NCBI GenBank assembly: GCA_002269645.1
Contig: NIVC01000037.1
Span: 930,001-994,000 of the forward strand
Reading direction: 5' to 3'
Length of the DNA: 64,000 nucleotides
DNA from: Macrostomum lignano
Taxonomy: Eukaryota
The stretch's first letter is position 1. Each line of letters opens with the position of its first letter. Below, piece after piece: positions 1 through 12,399 of this stretch. Made by a program: the position numbers and the translations under genes. The notes beneath the pieces are model-generated. The model saw only the letters and a program-made list of their open reading frames with translations, ran no database searches and was not told the DNA's origin.

Positions 1-131
1 AGGAGGCGGCGGCGGTGGCGGTGGCCATAGCCGATCCGCTTCAAGGACAGCTCAGTCGGGACGTCAGTCTGCAGTGGACGGCGTCGGCTTTGACATGGAA
101 TCGGCGACCGAGTTTAGCAAAGGAGATGCTG
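1..131 (+). CDS. Partial upstream coding exon, probably of the Hox3-like gene (Gly-rich; GGGGGGGGHSRSASRTAQSGRQSAVDGVGFDMESATEFSKGDA)
   Basis: Frame 2 is open from the window start to a GTAAGT donor at 132 in phase 1. This matches the phase-1 acceptor (TTTCACAG) at 5819 of the homeobox exon. The linkage is inferred from phase only. Confidence 0.5.
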
Positions 132-169
132 GTAAGTGAAGACTTTGAAGCTGCGGAGAGATGGGCGAG

Positions 170-1797
170 AGAGAGAGAAATGCAGGGAGATAACAGAGAA
201 GGGAGATAAGGGAGATAAGAGAGAAATGTAGGGAGATAACAGAAACGCAGGGAGGTAAGAGAGAAATTGCAGGGAGATATGCGAGAGCGAGAGAGAAATG
301 CAGGGAGATGTGCGAAAGAGAGAGAGGAATGCAGGGAGATGCGCGAGAGAGAGAGAGGAATGCAGGGAGATGCGCGCGAGAGAGAGGAATGCAGGGAGAT
401 GCGCGAGAGAGAGAGAGGAATGTAGGGAGATGTGCGAGAGAGAGAAATGCAGGGAGATGTGCAAGAGAGAGAAATGCAGGGAGATGTGCGAGAGAGAGAA
501 ATGCGGGGAGATGTAGGGAGATAAGAGAGAAACGCAGGGAGATAAGAGAGAAACGCAGGGAGATAAGAGAGAAGCGCAGGGAGATAAGAGAGAAACGCAG
601 GGAGATAAGAGAGAAACGCAGGGAGATAAGAGAGAAGCGCAGGGAGATAAGAGAGAAACGCAGGGAGATAAGAGAGAAGCGCAGGGAGATAAGAGAGAAA
701 CGCAGGGAGATAAGAGAGAAGCGCAGGGAGATAAGAGAGCAACTCAGGGAGATAAGAGAGCAACGCAGGGAGATAAGAGAGAAACGCAGGGAGATAAGAG
801 AGAAACGCAGGGAGATAAGAGAGAAACGCAGGGAGATAAGAGAGAAACGCAGGGAGATAAGAGAGAAACGCAGGGAGATAAGAGAGAAACACAGGGAGAT
901 AAGAGAGCAACGCAGGGAGATAAGAGAGAAACGCAGGGAGATAAGAGAGAAACGCATGGAGATAAGAGAGAAACGCAGGGAGATAAGAGAGAAGCGCAGG
1001 GAGATAAGAGAGAAGCGCAGGGAGATAAGAGAGAAGCGCAGGGAGATAAGAGAGAAGCGCAGGGAGATAAGAAAGAAACGCAGGGAGATAAGAGAGCAAC
1101 GCAGGGAGATAAGAGAGCAACGCAGGGAGATAAGAGAGCAACGCAGGAGATAAGAGAGAAGCGCAGGGAGATAAGAGAGCAACGCAGGGAGATAAGAGAG
1201 CAACGCAGGGAGATAAGAGAGAAACGCAGGGAGATAAGAGAGCAACGCAGGGAGATAAGAGAGCAACGCAGGGAGATAAGAGAGCAACGCAGGGAGATAA
1301 GAGAGAAACGCAGGGAGATAAGAAAGAAACGCAGGGAGATAAGAGAGCAACGCAGGGAGATAAGAGAGCAACGCAGGGAGATAAGAGAGAAACGCAGGGA
1401 GATAAGAGAGAAACGCAGGGAGATAAGAGAGAAACGCAGGGAGATAAGAGAGAAACGCAGGGAGATAAGAGAGCAACGCAGGGAGATAAGAGAGAAACGC
1501 AGGGAGATAAGAGAGCAACGCAGGGAGATAAGAGAGCAACGCAGGGAGATAAGAGAGCAACGCAGGGAGATAAGAGAGCAACGCAGGGAGATAAGAGAGC
1601 AACGCAGGGAGATAAGAGAGAAGCGCAGGGAGATAAGAGAGCAACGCAGGGAGATAAGAGAGAAACGCAGGGAGATAAGAGAGAAACGCAGGGAGATAAG
1701 AGAGCAACGCAGGGAGATAAGAGAGCAACGCAGGGAGATAAGAGAGAAACGCAGGGAGATAAGAGAGAAACGCAGGGAGATAAGAGAGCAACGCAGG
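170..1797. repeat. Purine-rich minisatellite, 21-bp unit GCAGGGAGATAAGAGAGAAAC (degenerate 170-520, regular 520-1797)
   Basis: Tandem units are directly visible; they give the 7-aa periodic ORFs (LSYLPAF / REIREKR). Confidence 0.97.
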
Positions 1798-3334
1798 AAG
1801 AAAGAATTCGGAGTCAGAGAAAGAAACGCGGGCAGATACGGAGAGAGATAAACGCAGTGAAAGGGCATGAACTGACTGTGTGTGAACAGAGACAGCAAGC
1901 CCCTTTGCTATAATATTTTAACTCCACGCGCGTATCAAAGTCGCAAATGGATGCTCTTCAGGCTGAGAATCGAGCCCAGTCAGTCCCGATGCCTGCGCAG
2001 CATTCAAGCAAGGGGGTGTCAGTGCGGTCCATATTTACAGCGGCCAACTGTGGCACCGAAGAGGGCACTGGGAGATTTACATCCCCGAACTTCTGGCACT
2101 AATAAATTTTCACTGCCTCGGATTCCCAAGTGTTACGACGGGTTGCTGGGATGTACTCCAATCTTCCGACGAAATGTGCTATTGATTTTTAAGCGGCACT
2201 TGGCAAACAATAGAGCCCAAGTCATTAATTAATACGAGCGTAATTACTGATTATGATAGGCGTCACAGAAATCACAATAGTTTTGGCTAATATCTGAGAT
2301 TTCTCCGCGTGCCTCATATGCTATGCCATCGGGAGTTGATTGGGGCGGAAGGTTTAGCGGATGGTGGATCATTTGTCAAATATGAGCCCTCACGCCAGAT
2401 TGAAGATGAAGAGAGAGAGAGAGATGGGGAGAGAAGTCTGGAGGCTGGGGGGGGTATCGGCCCTCTCTCGTGACAAGACCCCGGGAGCTGCCCGCGGTGC
2501 ATCGAAGCAGAGGGGGCGGGGGCGGAAGGGCGGGGCCAGGTTGCCGTGAAGGCAAGCGGCGGCTTTGAAGCGAGCCGCCACTGCTGGCTGTGGGGGAGTT
2601 CAGGAACGGCAAAAACTCCCGTGAGCTGCACCTCTGCGCCAGAGCCACGTGAGCAGCAGGCCCTGCGAGGGAGCTCACCGCGGGGCACCGGGCAGAGGAG
2701 GAGGATCAGGAGAAAGTCAATTAATCTTAGCCGGCCGGTGCACTGGGGAGGGTCCAGGCGGAGGAGGCAGGGATGGAGGGCGGGGAACTGATGATGAATG
2801 ACGGCCGAAGCTTCGCTTTTGTCTGTCTGCGGCCGCGGCGGCAGGAGCAAAGCAGACGAGGAAAATGGGAAGGAAGAGGCTGTGAGGCTGGGTTGGCGGG
2901 GGGGGTATAATTTCTGTTTTGCATATTTTTCATGATGCCGAATCTACAGAAGAAGAATGGCCGCCACCTCTCCCCCCCCTCTCATCGGAGCCGAGAATTC
3001 GCGAACGAGGAGGAGAGCTCGCGGCTCTCGAGCTCCGCCTCGGATGGCCAGGCGGGCCTGACAGAGGCGGCTCAGCGGCCGACTGGGTGGAGATTGATGA
3101 TTCTGCTTCCGTATTCTGCAGCGGCTGCCAGGCAAAGAATTCTCAGCCGCTACCCCCCTTCCCCCAGGGGGGACTTCAGAATCAGCACTGCTAATTCTAC
3201 CTTTGGTTTCCCACCTGCTCAGCTTGGGCCGCAGGAAATGTATAAAATGAAGCTGATGATGGGGTGCTTGCTTTGTTTAGTTGGCCACTGACTTGCTGAC
3301 CAACTCGTTTAGTTGGTGCTCTCTGATTTAACAA

Positions 3335-3975
3335 AGTGGCACCTCTGAGGGCTCAAAGTGGCATTCCCGACTGACACAAAGTGGCACCTCTGAGGGTTCA
3401 AAGTGGCAATTCCCGACTGACACAAAGTGGCCACCTCTAAGGGCTCAAAGTGGCAATTCCCGACTGACACAAAGTGGCCACCTCTAAGGGCTCAAAGTGG
3501 CATTCCCGACTGACACAAAGTGGCCACCTCTAAGGGCTCAAAGTGGCATTCCCGACTGACCAAAGTGGCCACCTCTAAGGGCTCAAAGTGGCATTCCCGA
3601 CTGACACAAAGTGGCATTCCCGACTGACACAAAGTGGCATTCCCGACTGACACAAAGTGGCATTCCCGACTGACACAAAGTGGCATTCCCGACTGACACA
3701 AAGTGGCATTCCCGACTGACACAAAGTGGCATTCCCGACTGACACAAAGTGGCATTCCCGACTGACACAAAGTGGCATTCCCGACTGACACAAAGTGGCA
3801 CCGCTGTGGGCTCAAAGTGGCATTCCCGACTGACCAAAGTGGCACCTCTGAGGGCTCAAAGTGGCATTCCCGACTGACCAAAGTGGCACCTCTGAGGGCT
3901 CAAAGTGGCATTCCCGACTGACACAAAGTGGCACCTCTGAGGGCTCAAAGTGGCAATTCCCGACTGACACAAAGA
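3335..3975. repeat. Minisatellite, 23-bp core CACAAAGTGGCATTCCCGACTGA with longer composite units at both ends
   Basis: Direct tandem periodicity of 23 nt. Confidence 0.95.
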
Positions 3976-5439
3976 CTCTTGTGCTGATAAATTGTGCCGC
4001 AACAAATATCTGAATATTTCAATCTCATTATTAGCATTGGATCAGGGGAATCTGTACGCACATAAAGTTGGTCTGCCTCCCCATAAATACCATATTGCAT
4101 TTATCAGTTGGTAGCAAGGCTGCTTATTCCAACCGCAATAAATTCAAGATTCTCTCGCTTAAAACGATAATTATAGTTCAGCGCGGCATCGACAGCGCCA
4201 ACAGCCTCGGCAACAAACTGGAAAAATGGGGAGGGGGCTGCTCCATCTTCTCCGGGAACGAGAGGCTGGATGGCTGCAGCCGAATCAGGTCTGGGGGTCA
4301 TAAATAACTCAGAGAGGAGAGGGGGCGGCAGCGGCGCACCTTGCCAGAGCCTTCATCTTGGCCAGCTAAGGGAAAAGTCTTGCCGCGCTTTGCCTTGACT
4401 GCATGGCAAACTGTTGTGAAGTCAAGCAAAATTTATTAACCTTCATGGATTCTGGCTGCGGGTTGATGTAGCTTACGCTCGTAGTTTCCTGGCAACTATT
4501 AGAATAGTTCAACTGTCCCACAACTAGTAAGGATAATTGGATAAAAATTAAATTCACTTATTTTATTGATTAGATTTTTTATTTTTCAGTCTAATTTAAG
4601 TATGTCATTCTATCGCAACACCCCAGATGTTTTTTTTAGATTGGAAATGCAAAATTGCATATCAACAAACAAAAACCAAAGTTCCCTGACCTTCAAGATA
4701 ACTTCTTTTGATGCAAAAATATGAAAGCGATTTAAATCTGGCTTCAGAATCCTGGAATTTTAGAATTGCTTTCAATTTAAAAAACAACCCGCGGCCCCCT
4801 CTACCGTTACAAAATCGAAATTCAAGCGCCCATGCCACTTCGAAGTGCGGGTTGCCATGCGGCCAATACGGAAAAGATTAAGGCGGAGGAAATGATAGAT
4901 GCCGGTGTCAACCTTGATTGCAGTCGCTACCTCCCCTTCCCTCCGACCTCACGGGGTTTGAAGTCGAGTTTTGCTTCCGCAGTAGTCAGCCGTGCGCATC
5001 GCAGCTGCTGCTGTACACTACGTGTGCGATTGTGCAGTCCGATAGCCACCACAAGACAATACACAGCTAACTTACTATCAGGGGCAAAGTTTTAAAGAGG
5101 CCACGCAAACAGCTGCTGTGCTTAATTTTCCAACTGATATTTTCCTGTCAAATGTGCGGATTGGAGGAGAGGCGGAAAGGAGATTAGGGAACCTATAGAA
5201 TGAGAGGGTAATTGCAACCCAGGAAACATCCACTATGCATGCAGGCGGAGGCACTTTGCGACACCACAGCTCCACTTCAAACTGTCGATTGTTTGTAGCT
5301 TATGGACACCTCGCTACACTGCAGTTGCTTGGCTGATTGGCCCTAGCTAGAAGCAGCGAGAGACGGCTTAGATACTGAAGTCATGAAAAGTTTCTTGCGC
5401 CAGACTATACTCACAAGTATAGTACGAAAATCGGGCTTG

Positions 5440-5525
5440 GGCCATCCAAGACACAGAGAGGGTACATATGCCTGACGGTCAGAAAGTCAGGCCCGCTGGA
5501 CACCTTTTGCGAGTGTGTGCTTGTG
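5440..5525 (+). mobile_element. Degenerate partial copy of the tRNA-derived SINE (central domain)
   Basis: CCAAGACACAGAGAGGGTACATATGCCTGACGGTCAGAAAGTCAGGCCCGCTGGACACC aligns to the SINE copy at 29358-29420. Confidence 0.6.
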
Positions 5526-5819
5526 TACGTATCTAATTCCTCTCGTGAGCTGACTAACTAACACCTACTGAAGCTGGCCAATTTAAAAAAAACTAATTAT
5601 ATACTTTGTGCATCATCTGTCATGTGCAACCCAGAGGCATTGCCTATTGTTCTACAATAAAAAACTAAGAGAAAAATCAGAAAATAGCGATTGGTGAAGC
5701 CATAAGTCACAGGGGGTAGTCATCTTTGCCTTTGCGTCACCTTTGCTTTCGCCTCTGGGTGAGTATTCGCATCGCATTAACTTCGCATCGCCAACGCCTT
5801 CAATCCGAAAATTTCACAG

Positions 5820-6682
5820 ACTCGGCCATCGGCTCGGCATCGAAGCGGATTCGCACGGCCTACACAAACGCGCAGCTGGTCGAGCTTGAGAAGGAGTTCC
5901 ACTTCAACCGCTACCTGTGCCGGCCAAGACGCATCGAACTGGCCAATTCGTTGAGTCTCAGCGAGCGCCAGATCAAGATCTGGTTTCAGAACCGGCGCAT
6001 GAAGTACAAGAAGGACCAGAAACTGGTCAGGGAGCAGGACATGCGGCTGCGGCACCTCAGACAGGCCGACGGGCCGCCCCATCTTATTAAAGAGTAAGTA
6101 GAAATATCGGAATTAAATGACCGTTTCAGCTACTAACAGTAGCGGATGCGTAAGTAATGCCATTAATCGATTATTAATAGACTGGTAGAAATTGCATTAA
6201 ACTATATTAACAAGTTGTATGAAATTTATACCTAGCTTTATGCAAAAAACTGGATCCAGCTATAAAAGTGCTAAAGCTGTCATTAAGCAGCCAATTTTTT
6301 AAATATGCACATATGCTGTAGGCCCTGAAGCAAAGTTGAACAGGACAAGTCACGTCACAATCAAAGAAATCCAAAGAAAAGTTCAATTTGCCGTCTCCTC
6401 TGCAGAGAGAAGTACATGCACATCGCTGGAATGATACCGATTGCTTATCCGGGCTGCGAGCAACAGCAGCAGCAGCAGCAGCATCAGCAGCATCTTCAAC
6501 AGCAGCCGGAATTGACCGAGTGCGGCAGTCCCGAAGCTGGGGCCACTGACTATCAGCCGATTCTGTGCCCAACTCAGCAGCACGACTTGATGGCGCCTCA
6601 GCAGCAGCATGCTAGGCAGCAGTTCTTCCCTCTGCACCTGCAGGAGTCTCGAGACGGCAAGCAGTCAGCCGGTTACTTGCAC

Positions 6683-6713
<31 letters not shown>

Positions 6714-6748
6714 CAGGTCAGCAGCAGTTCCGACTTCCTTTTGTTTAA
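5820..6748 (+). CDS. Hox3: Hox paralog-group-3 homeodomain protein; exons 5820-6093 and 6406-6748 (polyQ-rich C-terminus)
   Basis: Homeodomain [60 protein letters not shown] has PG3 hallmarks ([21 protein letters not shown]...KYKKDQK). The donor GTAAGT at 6094 (phase 2) matches the acceptor CTGCAG at 6405, and the frame runs EEKYMHIAG... to TAA 6746-6748. Confidence 0.9.
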
Positions 6749-7121
6749 GTCATTTCGTGCGGAGTGTGGACCCTGTCTCTCTTTTGCTTTATTAAAAGAA
6801 ATGTGTTTGTTAATATTCGTACATACTTAAGGTCTTTGATATAAAAATTCTACCTGTGCAAATATATAGTCACGCTGTACAACTTCATCTACTTACAATA
6901 TTTCTTATAAAGTTAGTTGTACTGGGCAGTGGTGGTATTTAATCATCGATATAAAATGTAGATTAATTAAACAGTACTGGATTATATGCATGAATTAATT
7001 ACTGCTGCTTATCGAACGCGTAAAACCATATAATATTGTGCAATATTCTAAGCTGTTTTAACTTCATTGATGCTTTAAAAAAACCTAGCTTATCTAATGC
7101 ATTTTTCTTGTTCGTTCAAAC

Positions 7122-7570
7122 CACAAGAATAACTAGAATAACTAGATGGGCCACTATTTGAGTGTAAGCTACTTTCAGCTCAGTAGTTAAGTTAAACAGA
7201 AGCATTTTAATGTATTTTTAAAGCCAAGGCTCAGTTATTGACTCTTGCCCCCCGCTCCCAGCTTAAACCCTCCAACTGAGCCTTTCCACACTACCCCCCG
7301 CCCCGCCCCAATTTTTATTGCTTTTCTCGGAATTCCAGACTAAAGCTGCCATGTACATTTCAGTGGACTGGCTAATGTACATTATTGCTGAACCAATTAG
7401 CAAGTTGTTTACGCCTGCAAGCTTGGGCTTCTAAACTTATCAAAGTCATTTCAGCTGCCTTTTTTTATAGAATAGCTTATGTATTCTTCTTTGCTACTGA
7501 ACTGAAGTAGAAAGCTGTTTTACTAAGTATATATGCCCCAGTAGCCCATCTAGTCATTTTAGCATCTGTG
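7122..7570. mobile_element. hAT-type MITE, copy 1 (imperfect TIRs CACA(A)G...CTGTG, 8-bp TSD GTTCAAAC)
   Basis: TSD at 7114-7121 and 7571-7578; alignable over its whole length with 30138-30577. Confidence 0.85.
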
Positions 7571-7989
7571 GTTCAAACAAAGGGGTACTGCACGTACGAG
7601 CTACTATTTAACGAAAATTTAATTCATGCAGCTGTGCTGTCAGGCGGTAACCAAATCGTTTGTTCAAATTCAGTCATATATGTTATCGTACAACGCAGAA
7701 TTATAAACTCTGAATTCGCTGTCGATAATTTAATAAAATAAATAGCAAATCATTTCAGACATCGTATAAAGTATAGCTCACAACACTTGAAAGTTGAGCA
7801 TCAGAATCTTTATTTCTCTATAACAGATAAGAAGATTATAAAGACACTGCGCATTGCGCAATTGTGTAGTAATTATATACTCTGAAGTCTGACCCCTCAT
7901 TTTATTTCTGCAGGTATCAAGCTAAAGTTCGTACTAACAGCGGAAGTAGTTAACAAAGCACTTTTTAGACCAGGATTCGTTTGGTTAAA

Positions 7990-8346
7990 CCAACAGTAAT
8001 AATAATTGCAGAAGGGCTGCGCAGCACCCTGGCGCAACGCCTTCGGCGACATCGTCCCACAAGCAGCGCTGCACGGCAATTCTGCCGCATGCGGATGCTG
8101 TACGCAGGCACGCAACTCATACACACGCTCACACAGGGTGTACAGCAGCCCTGACTTTCTAATCATCAGGCATGTACACTCTGTGCCTCTGGGGGTTGGC
8201 CATCATGGCTGTGAATCGCGCACGACAACCCCTGGCCATATTTTGTACAAGCTCGAAATGAATGTGATCGCGCACTGAATCAAATCAAGGGTCGCGGCGC
8301 GAGAGTCAGGATTGTTTACTGCTGAGCTGCTCTGGTTATAATACCC
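7990..8346 (-). mobile_element. tRNA-derived SINE copy
   Basis: The reverse complement aligns to 29260-29590: tRNA-like head (GCTCAGC...GACTCTCGCGCCGCGACCC), shared central domain and ATT-repeat tail. Confidence 0.75.
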
Positions 8347-8688
8347 TGTTAGCCAGCGATGCGTGATGTAATATTCTGTACAATTTAGTGAAACATCGCT
8401 TGTATGTAAATCATTCCGAAACAAAGATGCTGATCAAACACTTCTTCTGACCGAAATGGGTAGAAATTTATGGGAATCATTCCTGATTTAGATTACTTAT
8501 CAGCAGCAGTTGCAATTTAATCGTTAAAAAGGGATCATTAATTGCTGTTGCAGTACGAATTCGGTTGATGTGACCTGTATTTATCTAGATTGGTCAACAT
8601 ATTCTATATACCTAGATGTGTCCACAGATTCTATATCTCCCCGCTTCTTCACTGTGGTCCCACATATATGTGGCTATTGTGAGGACAG

Positions 8689-9752
8689 ATTGTGAGGACG
8701 TATTGTCAGGACGTGCCAAAGCAGCTGAATTCCGCCGTCATGGCGATATACCGTGATACAAAAGCTGCTGTTTCAACACCGGACGGCCTATCGGACTTCT
8801 TTGAGACATCCTCCGGGGTGCTTCAGGGAGATACGCTTGCGCCGTTCCTGTTCGTTCTGGTGCTTGACTGGGTGCTGCGGACCGCTCTTCCTACCAAACG
8901 ACAACGGCTTTCTGCTGCGGCGACGCGTGGGTCGACGTCAACCGGAGAGTCTGCGGCTCAGTGTGCTTGGCTACGCCGTCGATCTCGCCCTGCTGTCCTC
9001 AACGGTCCAGGGCGCCCAGCTACAACTGGACAAGCTAGTTGCTGTTGTGGCGAGCTTCGGCCTGGTGGTCAACACGCAGAAGACCGTCGTGCTCTGCGTG
9101 CCGGACGATATCGAGGTTGCGATCTTGTGCCGAGGCGCTGATGGACAGGCGACAGAGCTTCCGCGTTGTCAGCAGTTCATCTACCTCGGCGGTCTGGTTC
9201 CCGGCGTCCGCGAGGATTTGCGGCGTCACCGCGTGCTTGCCTGGGCTGCCTTTTGTTCTGTGAGGGCAGTCCTGCAGTCCGAGGCCTTACCTGACCTCCA
9301 GAGGGCGGCGTTGTTCCAGGCGGTGATCGAGACCGTCCTGCTGTACAACGCCGAGACCTGGACGCTGACGGAGTCGCTCGAACAACAAATTGACGCGGCG
9401 CACGCTGGCCTGCTGCTCGCCGCCCTCAAGATCGGCTACGAGCGAGTGACCAACGCGGCTTTGTATCGCCGCGCCGGCCTGGTCCGTCCAAGCGACCTGT
9501 TGCGCCGTCAGCGACTCCAGCTGGCAGGCCACATCATCCGCGCCGAGTCGTACTGCCCCGAGCCGGTGCAGGAAGTGCTGCTGCTAACGCTGCAGGCACC
9601 CTACCGGCGGGAGCAGGCCCGCACACGGCGTTTCGTCGACTGCCTCATAGACGGACGCCGGCGCCCCGGATTCGGCCGGCGGCGTGGCGTTCATTCGCGA
9701 CCTGGCTTTGAAGCGCGCCCTGTGACGCTAACTGTGTATTATATTGTTGTTG
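8689..9752 (+). mobile_element. 5'-truncated RTE-clade non-LTR retrotransposon (frameshifted RT C-terminal half)
   Basis: RT motifs GVLQGDTLAPFLF and degenerate YADD (GYAVDLALL), plus LLYNAETWTL typical of RTE. It has a (TTG)n tail and a 12-bp TSD TTGTGAGGACAG at 8677-8688 and 9753-9764. Confidence 0.9.
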
Positions 9753-12399
9753 TTGTGAGGACAGTAGTAATTTGAGTATGCAATAAATTCTTATCAGTAT
9801 ATGTAAATAAATTGAAGAGAAACATAACGTATTGTCTGTACTAGCCACCGAATTCAAAGCAGTTTTTTTTCAGAAAGAGACTTAAAAACAAGACAGAGTT
9901 GCACCCGATGTCATCCGGATCGGGAGAATAAATTAGGTGCCTTTTTTATATCGGCGAGCTTTAAAAGTTAATTTGTAAGGGGGCGGGCCCTGAGCATACT
10001 GTTACATCTCAACAACAAGTGTATGTTTTGAGGGTTTCCGCGCCCTGTAACAATTTTTTTAAATTAATTTTCTCTCACAGTTGCTTTATTTGTGATTCGC
10101 GCAATTTCAGCAGGGGCAATATATGTTGAGTGAAATTTGTGTTAAAATACTGAAAACATACAGTGGTACTTGTGTAAAGTAGCGAGTGGCAAAAATATGA
10201 GGAAACAGAAATTATAATTTATTTACTGACGCGGCTCTCATAAATTGAGAGTCAGCCTTTTGACGGGGCTTACTTATTTTAATATTAAATAAACAAATAA
10301 TTACCATGCGGTGAGGGTTTTGTTGTATATTTTAGCTGTAAATGAACTTTTAGAAGCTATTTATAACATATAAAATTTATCAATTACCGAGAGCGTTTTG
10401 AAATAAAAGTTCTTTTATTTTATATTTTCGAGGAACGGGACACTTTAAATTCCTACTAGTACTACGGATCTAGAATTTCGTTAATCAAGGTAGTCAATAG
10501 TCTTCGAACTCGAAGACGCTTGAGCTTGAGCATGCTCGGCCTTCTTATCCCTATTGATCTATTTAATTGATTATTGATTTGAGCACTAATCCAAACTAAG
10601 GACTACTTCAGTAGAAGGACGAGAAACTACGTTTCTTGGAAATATAGGAAGCAGGTTTTAACTAAAAATGCATTATACTAAAGTAAAGACAATGGAGGTT
10701 TTCATTTTTTATTTCATTTAAAAGTGGGAATGCAGAATGATATAGCTTGAAAGCTTTGTCTTTGGCATTAAGTCTATTAGTCAGGTGGTAGAATTAGTCA
10801 GTTTTCAGTCAGTGTAGAGCAGAGCAGATGCATTACTCCATTAGGCTTAGACATAACTCAAACAACTCATTTACTTACCAGGGTAATGGATGCCAAAAAC
10901 TGTGCTTTTTTAAGAACCAGTTAATAGTTTTAAAAACTGGTTTGCTCATCAATTTTTTTAAAAGAACTAAATATGCATAGAACTTATATACTATTATATA
11001 TTTGCCTTATTTTTAATGTTTATCTATTGCTGCTTAAAGCATGTTATTTTTCTTAACAACTATCTAACTAATTAATAATAATGTTGTCAGTTTTGCAAAT
11101 AATGTGATTATATGAACTTTTATAACTTTATAATAATAATCAGTTTGTGTGTAGGCCTAAAATGTCCTGCATAGACATTTTTTTGCATTTGAAGTTTTTT
11201 TAGGCTAGGCCAAATGACAATAGAAAAATTAGCATTTTTACTATTTTTTGCAAGAGAACAAAACTTTGTTTAAATTTTTTACTTTTGTTTTCTTTTTTCT
11301 TGTTTTATTATACAAAATGGCATACAAACAAGAGGAAACAATGGTCTCTTTACTAGATCTTTCCACAACCCTAATAACGGTACTAATGGTTTAGATAAAT
11401 GGCAAGAATAAATACCTTGTCATCTAATTAGTATTAATTAGATGGGCATTTTTGCGATTATACTAATAGAGAAAAAAAGCCTAAAAACTAAAGAATATTT
11501 AATTGGAGTTAAATTGAAGCAGTAAGTGGGCGCAAGGCCCAAACTAAAATATTTATACTAGACAAACTTTGGGGGTTAAGCCTATAATAATGAGAGGGTT
11601 GGAGTGTGCGACTGAAGAGAAAGGCAAGAATAGAGAGCCAATCAGAAGGCAGCAAGGGAAAGAGATAGGAATAACAAGATTGAGCTAGACAGAGAGAGAA
11701 AACAGAATAAACAGAGAAAAATGAAGGTGAACTAAGAAATGACTAGGAACATTGCAACAACAACTTAACAGTAGGAATACCAAGCCATTTTTCCGCCCAT
11801 CAAACTACCAAGTCCCCCCTTGACAATTTTTTTTGTCAAAAAAATTCGCATCAAGGTATCCATAGTCACTTGGTGTCATCTGTTGAAGGAGCCGACAGTG
11901 TCGAGATGATGATAGAATGCTTGAGAGACTAGTTGAGGATGTCTAGCAGTTGAGGCTTGCCCACTATCAAGGCTTGATTGGTGAAACTCGAGAAATTTGC
12001 ATCAAGGTGTTTATAGTCACCTGGTGCCACCTGTTGAAGGTCTAGAAGCTCTGTCTCGGTGAAGGCCAGTAACCAACAAAGTCAGAACTAATGCAGACAC
12101 ATGTGTTCGACATGTTGATGAAATTTGGAGGCTTGGCAAGGCTGCATTGAGGCGCAGTGCTAATTGGTACATAGAGGTGTACTGAATACACTGGCGCTTA
12201 TAGGAAAGATCTGACCTTTTGGCAGAATTGTCAAATATCTCGATGGTCCAAAGGGCTGGCGATTGGATTCTTGTTTGAGAAGGTGTGCAACAAAAAGTTA
12301 GCCTGTGTTCTTGAATTTTGTGTGCCTGCGTTGCTCTGTTCCAGCATAGCAAAAAAATTGTTAGGGGGTAGGGAAATTTCCCCCCCCCTCTTGGTAGTT

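Noticed and set aside
41-1898. Long ORFs (up to 575 aa) on both strands
   Set aside because: They are translations of a stop-free 21-bp minisatellite. The same applies to the periodic ORFs at 3492-3881, 19913-20278, 20727-21421, 21741-22508, 24633-25414, 25930-26591, 27064-27871, 43951-44300, 49451-50030, 60746-61427 and 62624-63247.
2361-3291. GC-rich ORFs (62-178 aa) as extra Hox3 exons or a separate gene
   Set aside because: No recognisable domain, hexapeptide or convincing phase-matched splice pair was found.
3335-3975. CRISPR-like repeat arrays (also 49455-50040, 59757-60250, 60715-61350)
   Set aside because: The units are tandem without unique spacers, the context is eukaryotic and there are no cas genes.
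6749-12000. miR-10/miR-993 family hairpin expected near anterior Hox genes
   Set aside because: The TACCCTGT seed-like matches (8342, 32323) do not continue as the mature miRNA and lie in a SINE end or TE flank.
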